Under the pieces are notes generated by a model. That model saw only the letters and a program-made list of their open reading frames with translations, was not told the DNA's origin and made no database searches. This document shows, piece after piece, positions 54,094-64,000 of a DNA stretch of 64,000 nt (position 1 is its first letter; every line of letters begins with the position of its first letter). The stretch spans positions 9,328 to 73,327 of the forward strand of contig NMRA01000001.1 in assembly GCA_002633005.1 (NCBI GenBank), written 5' to 3'. The translations under genes were made by a program, and so were the position numbers. Origin of the DNA: Phoronis australis. Its lineage: Eukaryota > Animalia > Phoronida.

Positions 54094-54151
54094 GCGTGGA
54101 CTTCACGCTGAACCAATCAATGGACCAGGTTACTGTGATGTCGAAGTCTGA
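54094..54151 (+). CDS. HEXB: Beta-hexosaminidase last coding exon
   Basis: RGLHAEPINGPGYCDVEV followed by TGA. Confidence 0.95.
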
Positions 54152-55540
54152 TGCCATGGCAACATGGGATACACTATCAATGCCATCTATTGAAGAATTT
54201 CAAAAGTGACATTGATCTTTTCGCTACTTATTCTACCTTGAAAAATAAGTTCTATACTAAGTAATGTTTGTATTATTCAGAGGGGGTGATTTTCACTTAG
54301 TACTTAGCATTTGACAAAAAATACTCTGTATGTTTCGAGGCGTTTTGTATGAGCAGTCCTGGGTTGAGTTTCTTAGACACATGAATCTAGTCAAAGAAAC
54401 TAGTATGATCGTGACGATATTTTGTGAAGTTCTGCGTTTCTGCAGAGGCTTCATTCCAAAATAGAAGTATCAAACTAGCCTTTTATCTAAACTCTATGTT
54501 TAGTGGTTATAGTTTTCTGAATTCACCGAGTGTGTCAAAGTTTTAGTGTTGGTCCATATTTTGTACGGTAAATCACTCAAGGGATCTTGCGTTTTGAGAA
54601 CCAGTTTACTGCCTGGTATAACGAACTTCAAATCTGGCTGTCGTTGGTCGTACTTGTACCTTCAACACTTATCAGACGTTTTGCATCACACACGAGTATG
54701 TTTATGTTCATGTGCCTTTATTCGATTTCGTTTTTCCAAAGAGGAACTCGCTTATCTGTTACCAACATTAGGCACATATGCTTAGTAATAACACCATTCT
54801 TGTATATGGGTTACAATACTACAATGTTACGTCCTGTTTTAACAGACTTGATGTTTACACTTATGAAGTCGACTGTTATGATTTCTGTGTTCATGTATAG
54901 TTTATTTGCGATACATTATCGGGTTTAAATCTAAATGGAATGGAATGAATTTTGTTAATTGTACTCGAGCATTTTCTTCCTTGTACCCACCATTGCAGTT
55001 TAAATCTGAATTTTTACCAGTAAGTTTTACGGAGCGCAAATTTGGCAAATCCAAAATGGCTACAAACACGTTCTCCCACAACACAACCATAGAAAACGAG
55101 ATGCGTTTTAAGACTAGTTGAAACTGGCTGTGGAATAGCCCAAGGTAATAGTCATATTATTTGCCTGAACAGTTCTCATAGCTTTGTGAAAACACAACAT
55201 AATCTCTTTGAAACTGGAAACTTCTTTCAGCATAAAAAGTACATGGCTGCTTGTATTTTTTTATTTTACTTACATATTACATATTTCACCACACCACAAT
55301 TCCGTGTTTTTTCACAAAAGTTTAATTTCAGTCACAATCACAATCTACTAAAACTACACTGTACAAAAGTCATGAAGTGGCATTAATTATTCTTGAGTGT
55401 CCATATATGTTGAGGTACTTGGAACATCCGTCTTCCCGCACAGACCACAGTCACATAGAGGAAGTCCCAGGTGGCACCTGCTACCACCCATTGGGCTCTT
55501 ACAATGGCCTAATAAACTAGGTATACCAGTGTTGCCAGAT

Positions 55541-55570
55541 TTACAATGCTGCGCTCATTTCGGGAACAGC
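55541..55570 (-). CDS. ETFA: ETF alpha last coding exon
   Basis: ttgtag|AVPEMSAAL followed by TAA. Confidence 0.88.
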   Translation of the reverse strand, partial: AVPEMSAAL

Positions 55571-55862
55571 CTACAATGACAAAATGGGGAAAATTAGAGA
55601 ACTTCAGTCATGGGGAACCTCATGCTGAGGAATCCCCTTGAGTCTTAATCAGACGATTAGTGCAATTGGACCAACTATGTGACCTAAGCAAGCCAGGGTG
55701 CACCAAACAAGGCTACCTTCCTATTCTTTCACAAAAATGAAACATAGGAACTAGGAATTTAATTCTTTTTAGAGTGAAAAAGTCAAATTTGCAATGTAGG
55801 TTAACTTTCTATAAAAAAACAGTCAACTTTGTGTTTGAACTTGATATTTCATGATCTATACA

Positions 55863-55959
55863 CAGGGAAGCATGTTTCACATTATTATGTACACTGTATC
55901 TACAAATGCAGGGAAGCATGTTTTACATTATTATGTACACTGTATCTACAAATGCAGGG
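55863..55959. repeat. 46-bp tandem duplication
   Basis: cagggaagcatgttt(c/t)acattattatgtacactgtatctacaaatg x2. Confidence 0.9.
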
Positions 55960-56731
55960 CTCACACCCAACACAACATTCCAAGTTTTCAAATTTTGACA
56001 GATATATACATGTATGGTGCTAGAGAATAAATAAAAAATCTGAGACGTGCTTTTCCTCGTCACTGAACATAAAATAAGTGAGCTTGATTTCATACAAATC
56101 TTGTACAATCAACTTGGGCCTATAGTGTTGGTTACCAATAATTGTCCGGGGTTGTTTTTGGATATTAATACAATTTCACTGTAGCATTTGCTCGTTTCTT
56201 GACGAGTTTGCGTAAAAATGCCTCATAACTGGAGTTCATAATTCTGCAACATCATTTAACATTTCATCTTACCACGACGTCGGTAATTCCACAAGAACAT
56301 TACTTTGTTCTCATTCCACACACTTCGTATTTAAGTACATTGTTGTTTTCATACTATGTTTAAATAGTCAAAAGAAAGTTTATCAACTGGGATTAAGGCT
56401 CGAGTGGACACTGGAAAACAAATAACAAACAGTTTGATGCCTTGCTTGGCCAAAGTCATAAAACAGCAATCGCCGACTGAGGATACACATCCAAATGGGA
56501 CATCTAAGCTAGACGACCAGTTTGCCAACCCAACTGCAGAGGCGACTCGGCTGACAACTAGCTGACTGTAGCTCATCAGGTGCTGGTCGGCTAGACAAAG
56601 GGTAATTGACTGATTTGCGATTGATTGGACAAAAATTTGTGATGAGTGCTGTGGAAGATACTGAGACCATGGCAAAAAACACGGACACTGTAGTTTGTGA
56701 ATGTTAGAGTGAATTCTCATTCGGGCTGTCA

Positions 56732-56920
<189 letters not shown>

Positions 56921-57715
56921 CTAGAGGAGGACATGGAAGGTTAATGAAAATAAAAGTACTGTTATTATCCTTTGAAATAGTGAACAAGTTTACAACATTG
57001 TTTTACAACACACGTGTCATTCAATAATTACTATTCTAAAGTGTCAAACCTGCATTTCACCTGTGTTTTCCGTTCCTCAACGCATACAATTGTAGTCTAA
57101 GAGTAGAAAACTCAATCAGAGATTGTATTTAATCTGTGAATGTTTGCATCCTATAACAGTTATTCAAGAGACCTAATGGTAACGGTTGTACTGAAATACA
57201 TAGCACCCCGTTCACATCAAACAAACTTCTATTTTTTCCCAAATTATTCACGAAATCTGGAAACAGTCCTGGCAATGCACCCCACTTTTTCAAAAATGGG
57301 TTCCTAATCTTGCTAGCTTGTGATCAAGTTAATCAGGAACCACACAATTAACATTGCATTGATAATCAGAGCGATGCCCCAGCAATCAATGTAAGGTACA
57401 TTCTAAGCTAGATTAGTAATTTTTCGGACATTTCCTGTTAGCGGTGAATCAAACCCACAAGCTTCACAGTAGCAGCCAAATGCTCACGCAATGAGTCGCT
57501 TGCATTTAAGCTAATGGCCTCGTTTTCAGCAAACATCTGGCAGACAATGGCCAGAATTGGCAAACAGTAATTGCAATCATAAAGACAATAGGTTTGTTCA
57601 AACTTAAAGAAGTCGAATCATCTAACACTAATCATATTAATATGCATTTTCTACCTGTAAACCCAATAATGTCCTTTAACTGCCGTGAAGATTCCACAAG
57701 TACAACGCCACTTAC

Positions 57716-57867
57716 CGGTGCCACTATCTTGCCAGTCTGTCCCACCTGCATGTCGTTAGGCACAAAGCCAGCGTCGACAGCGGCGCGCGACGCCCCAACC
57801 GCAGCGTTCAGTTTGTCAGCCAGCTCGTACAACAAAGAGAAGTTGTCTCCACTCTTCATACCGCGAC
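57716..57867 (-). CDS. ETFA: ETF alpha exon
   Basis: (G)[50 protein letters not shown]. Confidence 0.97.
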
Positions 57868-58562
57868 CTACAAACAATTGGTCTCCGTAATAACATTACC
57901 ATTGACAATAAAACAACATCTAATAAGAGTTATGTTGCTGTTGTTACTGTTGTTGCTGTTATACGTTATTTAATATGCAGGTTAACACCGCGTGTTTGCC
58001 TCAAAATAACCAAATTTTGTCATTTAAACACCCACACTCCGATCAGCGTCAACTCATATGCGAGACTTGCTAAAAAGTGCCAGTAAGCCTTTGTGAGTAC
58101 TCATCATGAAAATTCAAGCTCCGACAATGTACGTAACTAGCTTACTTCAGCAGCAGCTTGCCATGTTCGGGCGAGAAAATACCCAGTTTCTACTCTAGGA
58201 GACTAGAAATGATAGTGTTTTGGCTAATGCACAGTTGATCTTGTTTTTCTAATATATGAAATGGTAAAGCTAAATCCACTTGCCAAAACGCTCATCCCAT
58301 TCTGCTCAAACATTTCGTTTTCAAGCGCCCATGCTAAACTTAACATCCAACCCCAAATTTTTTAATTTTCCAATTTAAGTGCCATGGGGGCTTACCTGTA
58401 CATGTACGACAATCTATCACGATAAATCTTCCCGACCATTGTGCCATCTGCTTCTTATCTCATGATTACTACATTCACTATCAGATGTCAAAACAAAATG
58501 AAGTTGTAAATCCAGCAAATATTTCCTTGGATGAACAGTTCAAACTTTGCGTGGTGACTTAC

Positions 58563-58664
58563 CTCCAGAAACAACCACCTTTGCGCTGGCCAACTCTGGA
58601 CGGTCACTCTTGTGTATTTCCTGACCAACGAAGGCTGACTGATCATTACCAACACTGGTGGACA
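58563..58664 (-). CDS. ETFA: ETF alpha exon
   Basis: STSVGNDQSAFVGQEIHKSDRPELASAKVVVSG(G). Confidence 0.95.
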
Positions 58665-59714
58665 CTGTCAACAAAGTAATAACAAATAATAAAAAATAAT
58701 AACAATAATAAATTACTGCTGAGAAGAGCACTATTAGCTTAGCAATGAGGTAAAGCGTACTTTTAACAAAATATTTAAAACCTTTTTCTCACCTCACAGT
58801 AGCGCCACTCCTCCGTGAAGGATTCGGTAAAAACTAAAAAATGCCATAGGTAACCAGACAAGATTTGTCCATATACGAACTAGGTAGTTTGAGATACTCC
58901 ACTTGCACTAGGTAGTCACGATGTGGAATTTTGCCTGTGGTCCGCCCTCACGACGGGGAATTCAGGTTACGTTTGATTGTTTTTAAAGCATTTAAAATAA
59001 ACGCTACAATCCATGGCCGGGAACACCCATTTTGTTAGTGGAATACAGACATTGTTTCAAGTTTAGGACTAATAGACTGTTGACAGGGTATTAAATAATG
59101 CAGAAGTTACATTCAAGAATAACCTTTTAACATTACAATGGCTTGACACCAACACGCAATGTTGAAAGGAAACAAAAAGCCTCACCAGATGAGTGGAATT
59201 CGATCACCAAGCTACCAGAGCAAATTCTCATCAAAGATGCATTTGCTTCAATCTGTTCAAGACAGTTATTATTAATAACTTTGCAGAGAAAATTTTTTTG
59301 TCAGATTGTCACCTAAATTACAGTTTTACTACAAAATTCTTCTAATTTCATTTCCCTGCTATATGTTGTCTACATTCAAGCTGTTGGTAGCAGAGCAACT
59401 TCACCAAACTTTTAGCAAGTCAGCATCAAAATCTGTGAACAATTCTTGACATTTTTCCTCCGATACTCTCGAGTGACTTTCACCACAACAGCCGAGAACG
59501 AAGCAAGTGGACATCAACAACAGTTTGGCATTTAATTTTTAAACTGCACTAATTGCTTACTATGAAAAGTCGCATTCCACAGAAACACAATGCAGTGAAT
59601 ACATATTTTGCTAAAAATATTTTTACTTGCAAGTTCCCAATAAGCATCAGCCCTGCACAGCTTCTTGCAATACAACAAGGACATCAAAGCAGTTCAAACA
59701 AAGGAACAGCATAC

Positions 59715-59825
59715 CTTGTTCAGAGCTAGCACTACCGCCCCCTACAGACGCAGCCTCAAATGCAGTAGGTCGTACAGTAATGACCTTGACCTCATCTTTA
59801 GATCGCAGCCTTTGTATGGCATTGC
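59715..59825 (-). CDS. ETFA: ETF alpha exon
   Basis: (G)NAIQRLRSKDEVKVITVRPTAFEAASVGGGSASSEQ. Confidence 0.95.
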
Positions 59826-60148
59826 CTGGAAAGACAAAAATATAAATAATTATATAACTTGCAATAGATTACATAAATTTTACTGAAATTCATTGAGTAA
59901 TACAGCAAAACTTGCACGAGTTGACAAGCAAAGTCCGACATAAACTGCTTTCTGCTACGAACTGGACGCTCTCATTGGGTTTCTACAAACCCACTGGTGG
60001 CAATGCAAACATCCTGCATCAAACACCAGGTTTATAACATGTACTTCAAGGACATTTAACATGGACATGCATAGCTTGGTAATAATTTGTGAAAATGGTC
60101 ACGAATATATACCATCAACATTGTTATGGTTGAAATCTGACTCAATTT

Positions 60149-60686
60149 CAGTGTAACATGCAAGTGGCAAACATAATGGTGATGTATGCAGTGTAACATG
60201 CAAGTGGCAAACATAATGGTGATGTATGCAGCGTAAAGTAACAAACATAATGGTGATGTATGCAGTGCAAAGTAACAGACATAATGGTGATGTATACAGT
60301 GTAAAGTGGCAAACATAATGGTGATGTATACAGTGTAAAGTGACAAACATAATGGTGATGTATACAGTGTAAAGTAACAAACATAATGGTGATGTATACA
60401 GTGTAAAGTAACAAACATAATGGTGATGTATACAGTGTAAAGTAACAAACATAATGGTGATGTATGCAGTGCAAAGTAACAGACATAATGGTGATGTATG
60501 CAGTGCAAAGTAANACATAATGGTGATGTATGCAGTGTAAAGTAACAAACATAATGGTGATGTATGCAGTGTAAAGTAACAAACATAATGGTGATGTATG
60601 CAGTGTAAAGTAACAGACATAATGGTGATGTATGCAGTGCAAAGTAACAGACATAATGGTGATGTATGCAGTGTAAAGTAACAGAC
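60149..60686. repeat. 34-bp minisatellite, ~15 copies, in an ETFA intron
   Basis: Unit gtgtaaagtaacaaacataatggtgatgtatgca. It explains ORFs 60056..60794. Confidence 0.95.
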
Positions 60687-60786
60687 CTGCATAGATTGTC
60701 CTGACAAATGTCTCCTGATCCTCAACGCCGATGATGTCAGAGATGGGTTGAACATTGAGTTTAGCAGCAACCCTCGGTAAGACGTT
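60687..60786 (-). CDS. ETFA: ETF alpha exon
   Basis: [33 protein letters not shown](G). Confidence 0.96.
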
Positions 60787-60810
60787 CTATGCAAAGAAAT
60801 ATGGAGAAGT

Positions 60811-60874
60811 GTTGAGCGTTACTTCAGGAGCAGAGTTGAGCGTTACTTCAGGAGCAGAGTTGAGCGTTACTTCA
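60811..60874. repeat. 24-bp tandem repeat, ~2.7 copies
   Basis: Unit gttgagcgttacttcaggagcaga. Confidence 0.9.
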
Positions 60875-61225
60875 CTACAAAACTGTAACTTTACATACTT
60901 TTTAATTTGCAATTCGATGTTTTATTAAGGAAACTTCAGTTTTGTGTAAAAATCAAAAAGCCCTGAATTCCTATTTTAGTTGCCAAACGTACGATCTAAG
61001 CTAGATTTTTAAACGAATTAGCAGTAATCATCTCTTTTATGACCTTAATTCCGACTTTGTTTCGACTTACAACGCCACCCACCTCCACTCAGTCAATAAA
61101 CAATAGGCAACTATATGAGTGCAGTAATGATGTGCTTAACTAAATTTGCTTTATAGTTGTTTGCCTCAATTTTCCCACTGCTGACGAGCCAGACAATGTG
61201 TGTGAAGGAGAATTGTTTGCCTTAC

Positions 61226-61390
61226 TTTTCCCACTGCTGACGAGCCAGACAATATGTGGGTGAAGGAGAATTGTTTCTGGGCCTCCACCACCAGGGGTTC
61301 AACAGCTTCAGGAAGGAATCCTTTGAAGACGTCGCTGTCAGCCACAAGAACTCTGCTAACGCCATCTATCTGACAGACTTCCTTGGCTAC
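61226..61390 (-). CDS. ETFA: ETF alpha exon
   Basis: gtgcag|VAKEVCQIDGVSRVLVADSDVFKGFLPEAVEPLVVEAQKQFSFTHILSGSSAVGK|GTAAG. Confidence 0.95.
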
Positions 61391-62234
61391 CTGCACGCAA
61401 AACAAAACAACTACGTAATGTCTTCAATAAAAGAGCTTTGAGCCATGCCTATAACCACTTGACAGTCTTGTTTATATTATTGATCACGGGGATTCATTCG
61501 CTAAGGATAGAAGCTGAAATTTCTGCAAAGATCAGGGAGCATTTGGCAAGCACCAACTTACAAGATTGCCAGGTGAAGCTTTATCTAGAGCGTCGCACCA
61601 CACAAAAAACTGCAAGTCTACCCACCCCTCGCTTCACTTTAAGCTACGACAGACTTGTTGACCGTTATAAACTTTTTCTTTACATTAAGGCAGCGAAACA
61701 GAACTGTTTGCAGTTACTACATGGTGTAAGGTCACAAAGATCAGCGTGACCAAATACATGCATATGATTATATTGGGGCCAATCAGAATCAGGGAAATAC
61801 TTATTTGATATCTAAATGGCTAATCATGTCACACACAAATTGAATATGGTGATGAGCAAGGCAAAATCATCATGGCTGCCAGCACGAAGTTCCACCAATC
61901 GGATTGCTAAACACTTTCTTGTTATTTTGACCCTTGATTGGGCGACATGCGGACAGAACACTAGTACAACATGTATATCCTCAGAACTTTTCCACCAAAA
62001 AATAATCTTGTAATGGACAAAATTTCGATCAAAAGTGCCACTCTTTGTGGTAACTTACAGTAAGGTTTATGGTATGGTTGCAGGTCAAAATATTTGGCAA
62101 CCTCAAGTTTGAATTAGTGACCTCAGACTGTAACAAGGTCGCCATGTAGACCTTTAGAGCTATCTTGTGTTGGACACTCTGATAGACACTGTTCAACTAA
62201 TGTATGAAGCTACATGAAGGGTGAGAAACAACAT

Positions 62235-63595
62235 GGCCGCCGGTCCTCTAAACAGGACCTACGGGGATCAAATGGAACCGCCGCACCAGAAAATGGGACT
62301 GACACATCTAAAAACATGACCGCCTCATCACAAAACAGGACCGCCGGGGACTGAACATAACCGCTGGGGATTGAAACCACAGTGACAAACAGGCTACGAT
62401 TTATTACCGGTAGGCCTACACAGATCATACAATGGGGCTATATATGTAATGCATGTGCAGGTCTTGTGCCAATTACTCCACCGAAATCTTTTGTGCGCTA
62501 TAGAGGTGCTTTTGAGTTTTACTTCACCAAGCTCCCGGCTGCGGTATGTGACTTATAAACAGTTGAATGGTCAACATTTAATAAATCTAACACAAACCAA
62601 ACACATAGTACTACGCTTTTGAGCTAAATAATTATAATTTTATCCACTGCGTAAGTTTTAGAACAAAATGAAAATCATTTTCTCCGATTTGACGTTTTAG
62701 TCAAGTAAAAAAACAAGAGTTCTGGTTCTCGGGTGAAGCATCATCATAACTAGACTTTGTGCGGCAAAGCTGTAGCTTTGCGCCGATGTGGGTAAAAAAC
62801 AGAACAAATGTCATGTAAAATCTTCACCCGGCGAATTAGCGCTATTAACAACACTCTTCCTTCAGTAAACTAAATTATTTATTGGCACTTGAGAAAATTG
62901 TCATTCTGTACTTATTCTGCTGCTAAAATTGAGATGCGTTCTTTTAGGTCTGCTTACATTGGCTGGTTCCTTTTTTCTCCCCGATTCTTCAGTCAACTTT
63001 TCTTCTATTCTACGAGGTTGCATACATGGCACAACAAATTTTCGGAACAGGTTTCATTTCGTTATAAGTTTTTAGTATTTTAATACCAGCAAACAGAATT
63101 TCAGAACAAATCTTGCTGCTGCGAAGTTATCATCATCTTCTGAAAGATGTCGCAAAATTTTTCTGAGGAAATGGCACGTGCACATGTCACGAGCGCAACA
63201 GACTTATTGTTACAACAGTTCATTAGATTGTTTTTCATTCAAGCGGCTGCAACCTGTAAGGTGAGTGTTGGTTGACTCTTAGATTTTGCATACACCTGCA
63301 CCAGTCGCGAGCTCTATATGTTGATGTAAGTTTCACGACGAGGTGAGGAGCAGAACTACCTGAGCTGTGGGAAATTTCGAAGATGTAACGGAGCTCAATA
63401 AGGCAGTGCTGCCAAGCTTTATTTTGCCAATAGTCTTTACACACCTAGCTGACCAGTTACGTCATAACACGCAGTACATTTCATCCGGCGGTCATGTTTT
63501 GTCCCTGGCGGTCCTGTTTTGTGGTGGGGCAGTCAGGTTTTTAGGTGCGTCAGTCCTGTTTTGGGTGAGTCGGTCCGATTTACAGAACGTGGCCA
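62235..63595. mobile_element. Probable non-autonomous DNA transposon with inverted, internally repetitive subterminal blocks
   Basis: ~62275-62372 matches the reverse complement of ~63481-63580. Both are built from ~20-bp aaaacaggaccgcc-like subrepeats. The exact ends and TSD are not resolved. Confidence 0.55.
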
Positions 63596-64000
63596 GTCAA
63601 CGAAGCGCAAATATCCGTGCAATTAATGAACAGTGCCGAACCTTTAAATCAACTGACAAGTGTCATCGGACATCAGCATTTTTACAATTCGCTCCAGACT
63701 TGAGAATAGATTGTTTTTGTGAACGGGAAGAATGGATTTGTGACAATCTTGAAAATGACATAGTTGCTAACGTTCGACAATCCAGTCGATATCTTTATTG
63801 AAATTGATTTCTAATTGCTCTCCCGTCCAAATAAATGGAAACGCACGTGAATGAGTTTGTTTATTTACGTAATTACATATTCAAGATGATGGACGTAGTT
63901 GTGGTCGTGGACTTGTATGTTGGGCAATTCTGCAAGAAATCTCAGTTTCTGTCCGTGTAAAATTTTGGATGTACCGACTTTTTGACGTCGAATTCTGACA

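Larger units (their letters stand above)
38033..54151 (+). other. HEXB: Beta-hexosaminidase (GH20, HEXA/HEXB co-ortholog) gene span; signal-peptide exon not found
   Basis: join(38033-38329, 38796-38905, 40896-41006, 41935-42036, 42660-42973, 43563-43649, 48573-48651, [49541-49733 or 50726-50903 or 51759-51942], 52743-52833, 53400-53504, 54094-54151). All introns are GT-AG with consistent phases. Confidence 0.95.

Noticed and set aside
60056-60794. His/Cys-rich ORFs as a metal-binding repeat protein
   Set aside because: They are translations of the 34-bp intronic minisatellite in three frames.

Overview
This is AT-rich, intron-rich animal (invertebrate-type) genomic DNA, not prokaryotic, and most ORF-track entries are spurious. 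Three spliced genes can be rebuilt from GT-AG boundaries and codon phases. (1) On the minus strand is the 5' part of a probable MCTP-family gene: a 19-nt first coding exon at 37225-37243, a ~22-kb intron, then exon 14669-15255, with the gene continuing off the left end. (2) On the plus strand, head-to-head with it, is a GH20 lysosomal beta-hexosaminidase (HEXA/HEXB-type) gene at 38033-54151 whose signal-peptide exon is not visible. (3) On the minus strand, convergent with the hexosaminidase, is ETFA at 55541-61390, with its first exons beyond the right end. The most notable feature is three tandem, divergent, intact copies of one hexosaminidase exon (49541-49733, 50726-50903, 51759-51942). All are phase 0-to-1, so they can only be used mutually exclusively. 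The exon covers the residues that distinguish human Hex alpha from beta substrate specificity, and the flanking introns carry complementary blocks resembling a docking-site/selector RNA switch. The window also holds an antisense nested pseudogene (signal peptide, coiled coil, Caspr-type fibrinogen-like domain), a Penelope-type minimal hammerhead ribozyme, hAT-like MITEs with 5-, 6- and 8-bp TSDs, a HINE-like element, a LINE 3' fragment, minisatellites and several assembly joins.
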